Positions 1 through 6,872 of a DNA stretch of 7,850 nt are shown piece by piece. Each line of letters opens with the position of its first letter. Position 1 is the first letter of the stretch. The DNA lies in the IMG/VR virus record IMGVR_UViG_2690316241_000021; one strand, written 5' to 3'. Below the pieces are notes generated by a model. The model searched no databases, was not told where the DNA came from, and worked only from the letters and a program-made list of their open reading frames with translations. The translations under genes and the position numbers were made by a program. The DNA is from a virus. Its lineage: Duplodnaviria; Heunggongvirae; Uroviricota; Caudoviricetes.

Positions 1-483
1 ATGACGAAGAAAAAAGCACATAAACCTGGTTCAGCGACCATCGCGCTTAACAAGCGCGCCCGTCACGAATACTTTATCGAAGAAGAGTTCGAAGCGGGAC
101 TTGCCCTGCAAGGCTGGGAGGTTAAATCCCTGCGCGCAGGAAAAGCCAATATCAGCGACAGCTACGTCCTTCTGCGTGACGGAGAGGCATTTCTGTTTGG
201 CGCTAACATCACGCCAATGGCCGTGGCCTCCACGCATGTGGTGTGCGATCCTACCCGTACCCGCAAGTTACTTCTCAACCAGCGCGAACTGGACTCATTG
301 TACGGTCGCGTCAATCGAGAAGGCTATACCGTAGTGGCGCTCTCCCTGTACTGGAAAAATGCCTGGTGCAAAGTGAAAATCGGCGTCGCCAAAGGTAAAA
401 AACAGCACGATAAACGTTCAGATATCAAAGAACGCGAATGGCAGGTGGATAAAGCACGTATCATGAAAAACGCCCACCGTTAA
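1..483 (+). CDS. smpB: SsrA-binding protein SmpB
   Basis: Complete 160-aa ORF from ATG at 1 to TAA at 481-483. The protein is recognised from memory as enterobacterial SmpB, and it sits directly upstream of ssrA as in Enterobacteriaceae. Confidence 0.95.
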
Positions 484-653
484 ACCTGCACTCCAATTAT
501 TGACCAGTTCCTCACCGCGCCTCCCTCTCCGGCGGCGCGAATCAACATCTTATTGGCTATCACATCCGACACAAATGTTGCCATCCCATTGCTTAATCGA
601 ATAAAAATCAGGCTACATGGGTGCTAAATCTTTAACGATAACGCCATTGAGGC

Positions 654-683
654 TGGTCATGGCGCTCATAAATCTGGTATACT
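654..683 (+). promoter_or_regulatory. Putative ssrA promoter (extended -10)
   Basis: TGgTATACT at 675-683 (extended -10 type) with a weak -35-like TGGTCA at 654-659, about 15 nt upstream of the mature tmRNA 5' end. Consistent with a short precursor leader. Motif reading only. Confidence 0.35.
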
Positions 684-697
684 TACCTTTACACATT

Positions 698-1060
698 GGG
701 GCTGATTCTGGATTCGACGGGATTTGCGAAACCCAAGGTGCATGCCGAGGGGCGGTTGGCCTCGTAAAAAGCCGCAAAAAATAGTCGCAAACGACGAAAA
801 CTACGCTTTAGCAGCTTAATAACCTGCTTAGAGCCCTCTCTCCCTAGCCTCCGCTCTTAGGACGGGGATCAAGAGAGGTCAAACCCAAAAGAGATCGCGT
901 GGAAGCCCTGCCTGGGGTTGAAGCGTTAAAACTTAATCAGGCTAGTTTGTTAGTGGCGTGTCCGTCCGCAGCTGGCAAGCGAATGTAAAGACTGACTAAG
1001 CATGTAGTACCGAGGATGTAGGAATTTCGGACGCGGGTTCAACTCCCGCCAGCTCCACCA
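698..1060 (+). ncRNA. ssrA: tmRNA (transfer-messenger RNA, 10Sa RNA)
   Basis: Begins GGGGCTGATTCTGGATTCGACGGG at 698 and ends GGTTCAACTCCCGCCAGCTCCACCA at 1060 (363 nt), matching E. coli tmRNA as I recall it. It contains the tag reading frame and a tRNA-like 3' end with CCA. Confidence 0.95.
787..819 (+). other. tmRNA proteolysis-tag reading frame (ANDENYALAA, then stop)
   Basis: GCAAACGACGAAAACTACGCTTTAGCAGCTTAA inside ssrA translates to A-N-D-E-N-Y-A-L-A-A followed by a stop, the canonical E. coli degradation tag. Confidence 0.85.
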
Positions 1061-1190
1061 ATCATGATTGGACGGTGTAAGGACAACACCAACAAAAACA
1101 GGAAGTTAGCAGTCTCAGCAGGACACCGACCAGACGGTGAGGAGACAAAAAAGGATACGCAAAGGAGCCGCGGCTCTCAAGTGTGAAAGA

Positions 1191-1216
1191 AGCCCGCAAA
1201 TTGCGGGCTTTTTTAT
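1191..1216 (+). terminator. Rho-independent terminator downstream of ssrA
   Basis: GC-rich hairpin AGCCCGC-aaatt-GCGGGCT (1191-1209) followed by the T-tract TTTTTTATT. A short palindrome GAGCCGCGGCTC lies just upstream (1166-1177). Confidence 0.7.
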
Positions 1217-1269
1217 TGATCAGTCAACAATAAACAGTAACCGAATGAGAATTTAATAAGGATATTCAT

Positions 1270-2301
1270 ATGGAAGCTACTGTGGATTCGATTGATTTTC
1301 TGATCCGTAGTGAAGATGATTTTCTAAACTTTCTGGAAGAAATGAAAGCCCGAGAGGGGCTTGATTCTAAAGAGTTTATTTTCCCTAACGTAAAGTTTGC
1401 AGGCTGGCCATCCTTAGACATAAATGTAAAAGGAGAGCGGTATCATTCATCAATTACATCAGCAATGTTGTTTGGTATGTCAATGCTCAACGAGGAGATA
1501 CAGCGGGCGTTTGCAACCATACGATACGGATCGCAGAATCTTCAACGCTTGACTAATGAAGACAAGCAACGACTTGATATAAATTTTAAAATTAGCGAAG
1601 GTTCTAGTGATGCGGAAGGCACCACTGACAAGATCATCAACGCAGTAACTGATTTTTTGCGAGATACTATGTCTGGACTGAACGGCTGGCAGAAAATGCT
1701 TGTTATAATCACAATGGTTGGCGCGGCCAGCACATGTGGTTATCACTACATTTCAGAAAATGCCGTAACAGAAAGACATGCAACTGATCGGCAGGTTGAA
1801 ATTGCAAAAACCACATCCGATGGCATAAACAAAGCCATAGAAGCAACATTAGATTATAAAATCTATGGGAAATCAGCGATTAGCGATAAAGTTACTAGTC
1901 ACGGACAAGCAGGTAAAAGTGCTTTAGTGAAGCAATTAGCTGCTGATCCTACTGTCGAAACCGTGACTTTAGGAAATGAGAAACTAACACGACAAGACCT
2001 AAATACCTACAACAGCCGACAATCTGTAGATAGAGAACGTAAAGAACGAACTGATATATTTTCCATCAAAGGTGTAACCAGAACAGGGCCAACAAATCAG
2101 GATATTAATATTAACGTTGTTAGGGTCTCTAATGACGAATGCTTCACAATCAAAGCTTCAGCTGATGTTATCACCCAAGATGAGTTGACAGCTATTGTTG
2201 ACGCTTTGTCAAACAACTCTCATATTAAAATCAGTTACTTAGAGGTAATTGAAAAGGGTGCTGTTTCTATAGGTCAGTTCAACACTATTGTTTCAGAATA
2301 A
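1270..2301 (+). CDS. Hypothetical protein (343 aa), AT-rich accessory gene
   Basis: Long uninterrupted ORF with an SD-like AAGGA 7 nt upstream of the ATG. By eye it is clearly more AT-rich than smpB (not computed). One internal hydrophobic stretch (WQKMLVIITMVGAASTCGYHYI) could be a membrane helix. I recognise no conserved motif. Confidence 0.6.
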   Translation: MEATVDSIDFLIRSEDDFLNFLEEMKAREGLDSKEFIFPNVKFAGWPSLDINVKGERYHSSITSAMLFGMSMLNEEIQRAFATIRYGSQNLQRLTNEDKQRLDINFKISEGSSDAEGTTDKIINAVTDFLRDTMSGLNGWQKMLVIITMVGAASTCGYHYISENAVTERHATDRQVEIAKTTSDGINKAIEATLDYKIYGKSAISDKVTSHGQAGKSALVKQLAADPTVETVTLGNEKLTRQDLNTYNSRQSVDRERKERTDIFSIKGVTRTGPTNQDININVVRVSNDECFTIKASADVITQDELTAIVDALSNNSHIKISYLEVIEKGAVSIGQFNTIVSE

Positions 2302-2352
2302 TCACTTAACCCCATTTATGTCGGTTGAGGTTATAAGTCACGGAGACCAGAT

Positions 2353-2697
2353 ATGTCCTTAAAGTATGCACATGAAAAATTTCATACTGCAGTACTTACT
2401 CTTGCGGGCCATGGAAGTATTCAAGAACGCTTGATTAATTCGTATGTTTTTAGCCTTGGGCATCTTAAAACAGCCGATGATATTCCAAATGCCTTACAAA
2501 GCAGGTTCGATGAATTATGTAAGGAACTGACTAAGTTTGATGCCACTGGCGATGAGGGGCGAGTTCAAGCAACAGTATCAAAACTTAACGATTTCGAGAT
2601 CAATAAACTGATCGAAGATATTGTCAGTCTTAACGATGATATTTGCATGAAATTGGCTCTGACGGATGAGACTTACCAAGACATACACCAAAGTTAA
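2353..2697 (+). CDS. Hypothetical protein (114 aa), probable operon partner of the upstream ORF
   Basis: ORF with SD GGAGA 6 nt upstream of the ATG, 51 nt after the stop of the 343-aa ORF, same strand, similarly AT-rich. Its last four codons and stop (I-H-Q-S-TAA, 2683-2697) lie inside the outer end of the left inverted repeat. No recognisable motif. Confidence 0.5.
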   Translation: MSLKYAHEKFHTAVLTLAGHGSIQERLINSYVFSLGHLKTADDIPNALQSRFDELCKELTKFDATGDEGRVQATVSKLNDFEINKLIEDIVSLNDDICMKLALTDETYQDIHQS

Positions 2698-2724
2698 TTG
2701 ATTAAATTCAAAAAGTTAACGTTC

Positions 2725-2756
2725 AACCAGCCAGTTTTTGGCTGGTTTATTGTCTT
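2725..2756. terminator. Hairpin terminator (left copy), probably bidirectional
   Basis: Stem AACCAGCCA-gtttt-TGGCTGGTT (2725-2747) followed by TTTATTGTCTT on the plus strand. This suits termination of the 343/114-aa operon. On the minus strand it follows the 70-aa ORF with a weaker T-rich tail. Confidence 0.5.
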
Positions 2757-2781
2757 ATAATATTCTTGCTCGAATGATGCA

Positions 2782-2994
2782 CTATTTATGATGTAATCCG
2801 GACATCAGTTCATGGACAAGATTATCTCTTTCATTGTGTTGCAACCGTAAATGCATAGCAAAAAGGTGAGCACTATCCTCATTCCTCTTCAAGCCATGCT
2901 GTTCAAGATACCCGAAAAAACGGCTTCTCTTATCCGCTATTTCCTGAGTCTGACGTGCAACATTTACCAAATTTTCTAGCGTTTTTCTTGGCAT
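2782..2994 (-). CDS. Hypothetical small protein (70 aa), left copy
   Basis: ORF with a strong SD (AGGAGG, 7-nt spacer) lying downstream of the invertase within the repeat arm and followed by the hairpin. Identical to the copy at 6580-6792. Function not recognised. Confidence 0.55.
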   Translation of the reverse strand: MPRKTLENLVNVARQTQEIADKRSRFFGYLEQHGLKRNEDSAHLFAMHLRLQHNERDNLVHELMSGLHHK

Positions 2995-3192
2995 ACTATT
3001 TCCTCCTGAAATTGTTGTAATTCACTAGGATATTCATTTTAATTTGTATCATTTAGTACCAAAACCGCTATCAATTAACAAAGCCATCGTTGTGGTTTAC
3101 CTTGCAGCCGTTTTTTGTCATTGACTCTATGTGAAAATAATGAATCATCATGAGATTGGCTCACACGTTCTTGAATTCGACGAGCTGTGTCT

Positions 3193-3747
3193 TTATTTAT
3201 CTCCTGCCGGAAACCTCTGATACAAAGTCGATACGCCAACATCATAGATAATCGCAACTTTCTGGCGCGGAACTCCTGATGCAATTAATCGTCCGGCTTG
3301 TGCCCATTGTTCTGGTGTAAGTTTGGGACGACGTCCACCAATTCGTCCCTGTGCGCGAGCAGCTTCCAGTCCAGCTTTTGTTCGTTCAACAATCAGTTCT
3401 CGTTCCATTTCAGCCAGGGCCCCCATCACATGAAAGAAAAAGCGCCCCATTGGGGTACTGGTATCAATTGAATCCGTCAGACTACGAAAGTTGATGCCTC
3501 GTTCGCGCAACTCCTCCACCAGCACGACAAGATGCCGCATACTGCGCCCCAGTCGGTCCAGTTTCCAGACCACCAGCGTATCGCCTGCCGATAATGTCCT
3601 GAGCAGTTTTTTCAGTCCCGGCCTTTCGGACTTTGTACCGCTTATCTTGTCTTCAAAAATCAGCTCGCATCCTGCACAGTTCAGCGCATTACGTTGTAGA
3701 TCTGTGTTCTGGTCATTTGTTGACACACGTACATAGCCAATAAGCAT
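3193..3747 (-). CDS. Serine DNA invertase, Hin/Gin/Cin/Pin family (left copy)
   Basis: The protein MLIGYVRVSTNDQNTDLQRNAL...VVWKLDRLGRSM...GRFFFHVMGALAEMERELIVERT...KVAIIYDVGVSTLYQRFPAGDK carries the catalytic-serine N-terminal motif of small serine recombinases and a Hin-like C-terminal HTH. The start is placed at the internal ATG (3747), which is preceded by SD AGGGAGA. The ORF track's upstream ATG at 3783 would add 12 residues. Confidence 0.9.
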   Translation of the reverse strand: MLIGYVRVSTNDQNTDLQRNALNCAGCELIFEDKISGTKSERPGLKKLLRTLSAGDTLVVWKLDRLGRSMRHLVVLVEELRERGINFRSLTDSIDTSTPMGRFFFHVMGALAEMERELIVERTKAGLEAARAQGRIGGRRPKLTPEQWAQAGRLIASGVPRQKVAIIYDVGVSTLYQRFPAGDK

Positions 3748-3773
3748 GGTAGATCTCCCTGACAAAAGCAGGA

Positions 3774-4286
3774 ATGATGCCATTTGCTCGTTATTTCTGC
3801 ATTTTCATAAACGTTGGTTTGGGAGAAGGTTCGGCATTACCCGTTGGTGTGCCTGTTCCGTGGCCTTCCGCCACTCCGCCAACGGGGTGGCTAAAATGTA
3901 ACGGAGCAGTATTTTCTTCTGAAAAGTACCCAAATCTGGCAAAGGCTTACCCAACATTAAAATTACCAGATTTACGCGGTGAATTTATTCGTGGCTGGGA
4001 TGATGGGCGCGGGATTGACTCTGGTCGTAACTTATTATCTGCACAGAATGATGCAATTCAGAATATTGTTGGTTCTTTTGGGCGTACCCAGCTTTTTAGA
4101 GACGTACTTAGTTCAGGGCCATTTAGTCAACATGGGCAAGTATTATCTACAGGTCTAAAGGAAGCCGCAATTATTGAGGGTTATGGCGCTTATAACTGGA
4201 CATTCGACGCATCTCGCTCAGTTCGCACAGCATCTGAAACCCGCTCCCGTAACATCGCCTTTAATTATATTGTGAGGGCTGCATGA
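3774..4286 (+). CDS. Tail-fibre variable C-terminal cassette Sv (receptor-binding domain); not fused to a constant region in this orientation
   Basis: The frame is open across site A. The translation contains VPVPWPSATPPTGW...YP.L...YP...PDLRG and ends ...NIAFNYIVRAA, matching the C-terminal region of lambda Stf / Mu S-type side tail fibres as I recall them. The ATG-ATG at 3774 is probably not the physiological start. The stop overlaps the tfa start (ATGA). Confidence 0.7.
   Translation: MMPFARYFCIFINVGLGEGSALPVGVPVPWPSATPPTGWLKCNGAVFSSEKYPNLAKAYPTLKLPDLRGEFIRGWDDGRGIDSGRNLLSAQNDAIQNIVGSFGRTQLFRDVLSSGPFSQHGQVLSTGLKEAAIIEGYGAYNWTFDASRSVRTASETRSRNIAFNYIVRAA
3802..3827. promoter_or_regulatory. 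hix/gix-like 26-bp crossover site A
   Basis: TTTTCATAAACG-TT-GGTTTGGGAGAA: two imperfect 12-bp inverted half-sites around a 2-bp core, resembling hixL and gix as recalled. It lies about 20 bp upstream of the invertase gene and at the inner edge of the repeat arm. Confidence 0.7.
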
Positions 4287-4888
4287 TAAGTAAAGCTGTA
4301 TTAAATAATGAACTCATCGCCACAAAGGCCGGAGACATTACCGTTTATAATTATGATGGTGAAACACGGGAATATATTTCCACATCAACTGAATATCTTG
4401 CTGTGGGTGTTGGTATCCCGGCATGTTCCTGTTTAGATGCTCCTGGCTCATATAAAGCTGGTTATGCAATTTGCCGTTCTGCAGATTTTAACTCATGGGA
4501 ATATGTGCCAGACCATCGCGGTGAAATCGTCTATAGCACCGAAACAGGAGAATCAAAAGAAATCACACTTCCGGGTGATTACCCTGAAAATACAACCACT
4601 ATCGCCCCGTTAACGTCATACGATAAATGGGATGGTGAGAAATGGGTGACCGATACTGAGGCACAGCATAACGCCGCAGTAGACGCGGCAGAAGTACGGC
4701 GCCAGTCACTGATTGATGCTGCTATGGCTTCCATTAGTCTGATTCAGCTGAAATTGCAGGCCGGGCGGAAGCTGACGCAGGCAGAAACAACCCGGCTTAA
4801 CGCTGTGCTGGATTACATTGACGCGGTGACTGCAACAGATACCAGCACCGCGCCGGATGTCATCTGGCCTGAACTACCGGAGGCGTAG
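4283..4888 (+). CDS. tfa: Tail-fibre assembly chaperone (Tfa / Mu U family)
   Basis: 201-aa ORF whose start overlaps the Sv stop. Its C-terminus ...DTSTAPDVIWPELPEA and central ...W.YV.DHRG..VY... match the lambda Tfa family from memory. Confidence 0.85.
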   Translation: MISKAVLNNELIATKAGDITVYNYDGETREYISTSTEYLAVGVGIPACSCLDAPGSYKAGYAICRSADFNSWEYVPDHRGEIVYSTETGESKEITLPGDYPENTTTIAPLTSYDKWDGEKWVTDTEAQHNAAVDAAEVRRQSLIDAAMASISLIQLKLQAGRKLTQAETTRLNAVLDYIDAVTATDTSTAPDVIWPELPEA

Positions 4889-5303
4889 GCCATTCAATAT
4901 CTGGAGCACTGGAGGTATCAACCAGTTCCAGTGCGTCCAGATAATCCAGCCATAAATTATATTGTTCCAGCTCGTAACCTTTCAGACGACCAATAGCAGC
5001 TTTGCCAGGCCACTGATGGGTATTGATGTAGGTATTGACTTCTGAAACCAAAGATATCTTTTTCATTTCAGCCGCCAGCATCTCATCCTCTTTTGAAGGC
5101 GGCGGGGAATTAATCCATATTGGCCGTCCTGAACTGTCAGCGCCAATTTCTTTCCCTTCTGGATGCAGCCCAAGAAATTGCTCATATGTTTCTCTGGTAA
5201 TTTCAATAACATCATCAGGAAGCGTTCCCGCATCCTCATATTCTGGAAACAATTCTTGCAGATAAAAACTTTTACTTGCGGGTGAAAAGAATACTGAGTT
5301 CAT
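4860..5303 (-). CDS. tfa: Alternative tail-fibre assembly chaperone (Tfa' / Mu U' analogue)
   Basis: 147-aa ORF convergent with the other tfa, with 29 nt of 3' overlap. Its C-terminus ...VDTSSAPDIEWPTPPVVQAR carries the Tfa motif. It lies directly downstream of the second variable cassette. Confidence 0.8.
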   Translation of the reverse strand: MNSVFFSPASKSFYLQELFPEYEDAGTLPDDVIEITRETYEQFLGLHPEGKEIGADSSGRPIWINSPPPSKEDEMLAAEMKKISLVSEVNTYINTHQWPGKAAIGRLKGYELEQYNLWLDYLDALELVDTSSAPDIEWPTPPVVQAR

Positions 5304-5305
5304 TC

Positions 5306-5800
5306 TTACCGTCCAATGATTAACGCTGAGACGCTGGTATCTGAAGGAAAGGCTGCATTCAGTGGTTTGTCGACTTTGAACACAATCGTATTATTCCCCC
5401 TGACAGCGGCAAAAGAACAAACCGCCGTCGCGTATGAACCTGTAATATTACTGGATACACCACCATAAGCTGTTGTTGATACCAGAGGGATAACGCCCAG
5501 CACCTTATTAGGAAATACAAAGGGCAATGTGGCTGTGGCAATATAAGACTTATTAGAACCTGTAATGGCATAAGCATTATCAGTCATTCCATTCATCGCC
5601 ACTGGACCGCTTATACTTACAGTAACCATCTGAATGATTAGCCCGTCAGGTTGACGAATCACAAAATTTCCATTGCCACCAGTAACCGTCCAGAAAGACA
5701 TATCAGGGATTTGGTTTTCCCCGTTGCCCACATTTCGTTTTGCCGCTTCTCCCAAACCAACGTTTATGAAAATGCAGAAATAACGAGCAAATGGCATCAT
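5306..5800 (-). CDS. Alternative tail-fibre variable C-terminal cassette Sv'
   Basis: The frame is open across site B and shares the repeat-encoded prefix ...INVGLGE with Sv before diverging into a different sequence. Assigned by its mirror position and its pairing with Tfa'; the domain itself is not recognised by me. Confidence 0.6.
   Translation of the reverse strand: MMPFARYFCIFINVGLGEAAKRNVGNGENQIPDMSFWTVTGGNGNFVIRQPDGLIIQMVTVSISGPVAMNGMTDNAYAITGSNKSYIATATLPFVFPNKVLGVIPLVSTTAYGGVSSNITGSYATAVCSFAAVRGNNTIVFKVDKPLNAAFPSDTSVSALIIGR
5747..5772. promoter_or_regulatory. hix/gix-like 26-bp crossover site B
   Basis: TTCTCCCAAACC-AA-CGTTTATGAAAA, the exact reverse complement of site A, about 20 bp upstream of the right invertase copy. 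Confidence 0.7.
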
Positions 5801-5826
5801 TCCTGCTTTTGTCAGGGAGATCTACC

Positions 5827-6381
5827 ATGCTTATTGGCTATGTACGTGTGTCAACAAATGACCAGAACACAGATCTACAACGTAATGCGCTGAACTGTGC
5901 AGGATGCGAGCTGATTTTTGAAGACAAGATAAGCGGTACAAAGTCCGAAAGGCCGGGACTGAAAAAACTGCTCAGGACATTATCGGCAGGCGATACGCTG
6001 GTGGTCTGGAAACTGGACCGACTGGGGCGCAGTATGCGGCATCTTGTCGTGCTGGTGGAGGAGTTGCGCGAACGAGGCATCAACTTTCGTAGTCTGACGG
6101 ATTCAATTGATACCAGTACCCCAATGGGGCGCTTTTTCTTTCATGTGATGGGGGCCCTGGCTGAAATGGAACGAGAACTGATTGTTGAACGAACAAAAGC
6201 TGGACTGGAAGCTGCTCGCGCACAGGGACGAATTGGTGGACGTCGTCCCAAACTTACACCAGAACAATGGGCACAAGCCGGACGATTAATTGCATCAGGA
6301 GTTCCGCGCCAGAAAGTTGCGATTATCTATGATGTTGGCGTATCGACTTTGTATCAGAGGTTTCCGGCAGGAGATAAATAA
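5827..6381 (+). CDS. Serine DNA invertase, Hin/Gin/Cin/Pin family (right copy)
   Basis: Identical protein to the left copy. SD AGGGAGA lies 6 nt upstream of the ATG at 5827. It diverges outward from crossover site B. Confidence 0.9.
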   Translation: MLIGYVRVSTNDQNTDLQRNALNCAGCELIFEDKISGTKSERPGLKKLLRTLSAGDTLVVWKLDRLGRSMRHLVVLVEELRERGINFRSLTDSIDTSTPMGRFFFHVMGALAEMERELIVERTKAGLEAARAQGRIGGRRPKLTPEQWAQAGRLIASGVPRQKVAIIYDVGVSTLYQRFPAGDK

Positions 6382-6579
6382 AGACACAGCTCGTCGAATT
6401 CAAGAACGTGTGAGCCAATCTCATGATGATTCATTATTTTCACATAGAGTCAATGACAAAAAACGGCTGCAAGGTAAACCACAACGATGGCTTTGTTAAT
6501 TGATAGCGGTTTTGGTACTAAATGATACAAATTAAAATGAATATCCTAGTGAATTACAACAATTTCAGGAGGAAATAGT

Positions 6580-6792
6580 ATGCCAAGAAAAACGCTAGAA
6601 AATTTGGTAAATGTTGCACGTCAGACTCAGGAAATAGCGGATAAGAGAAGCCGTTTTTTCGGGTATCTTGAACAGCATGGCTTGAAGAGGAATGAGGATA
6701 GTGCTCACCTTTTTGCTATGCATTTACGGTTGCAACACAATGAAAGAGATAATCTTGTCCATGAACTGATGTCCGGATTACATCATAAATAG
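6580..6792 (+). CDS. Hypothetical small protein (70 aa), right copy
   Basis: SD AGGAGG at 6567-6572 with a 7-nt spacer, then MPRKTLENLVNVARQTQEIADKRSRFFGYLEQHGLKRNEDSAHLFAMHLRLQHNERDNLVHELMSGLHHK. Followed by the hairpin at 6827-6849. Confidence 0.55.
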   Translation: MPRKTLENLVNVARQTQEIADKRSRFFGYLEQHGLKRNEDSAHLFAMHLRLQHNERDNLVHELMSGLHHK

Positions 6793-6818
6793 TGCATCAT
6801 TCGAGCAAGAATATTATA

Positions 6819-6849
6819 AGACAATAAACCAGCCAAAAACTGGCTGGTT
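6819..6849. terminator. Hairpin terminator (right copy), probably bidirectional
   Basis: AACCAGCCA-aaaac-TGGCTGGTT at 6827-6849. On the minus strand it is followed by TTTATTGTCTT, so it would stop transcripts coming from the tail-fibre constant region. Confidence 0.5.
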
Positions 6850-6872
6850 GAACGTTAACTTTTTGAATTTAA

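Larger units (their letters stand above)
2683..3828. repeat. Left arm of perfect ~1146-bp inverted repeat
   Basis: Reverse complement of 5746-6891. Identity was checked by eye at both ends and across two intergenic stretches, and is supported by identical translations of every paired ORF (196, 81, 69 and 70 aa). Position x on the left maps to 9574 minus x on the right. Confidence 0.9.
3802..5772. mobile_element. Invertible tail-fibre host-range segment (G/C/P-segment analogue)
   Basis: Bounded by inverted crossover sites A and B. It holds two divergent receptor-binding cassettes and two convergent tfa genes, the arrangement of the Mu G, P1 C and e14 P segments. Confidence 0.7.

Noticed and set aside
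31-334. ORFs 31-237 (-) and 101-334 (+) overlapping smpB
   Set aside because: They lie entirely inside the well-supported smpB coding region, in other frames or antisense. Treated as frame artefacts.
1480-1746. Minus-strand ORFs 1480-1746 and 1542-1733 inside the 343-aa ORF
   Set aside because: Antisense to a much longer ORF, with no SD or context support.
2655-2682. A fourth crossover site just outside the left repeat arm, mirroring site C
   Set aside because: The sequence there (…GATGAGACTTACCAAGAC) does not match the half-site pattern TTCTC..AAACC, so only three sites are supported.
3075-3284. 69-aa ORF overlapping the invertase 3' end (mirror copy at 6290-6499)
   Set aside because: It starts inside the invertase coding sequence in another frame and extends into the spacer. 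It has no convincing SD and is probably a frame artefact, though a small overlapping gene cannot be excluded.
3491-3736. 81-aa ORF antisense to the invertase (mirror copy at 5838-6083)
   Set aside because: Fully antisense to a confidently assigned invertase gene; low-complexity Ser/Arg-rich translation.
5035-5893. ORFs 5035-5265 (+), 5359-5577 (-) and 5651-5893 (+)
   Set aside because: They overlap Tfa', Sv' or the invertase leader in wrong frames or antisense. No independent support.
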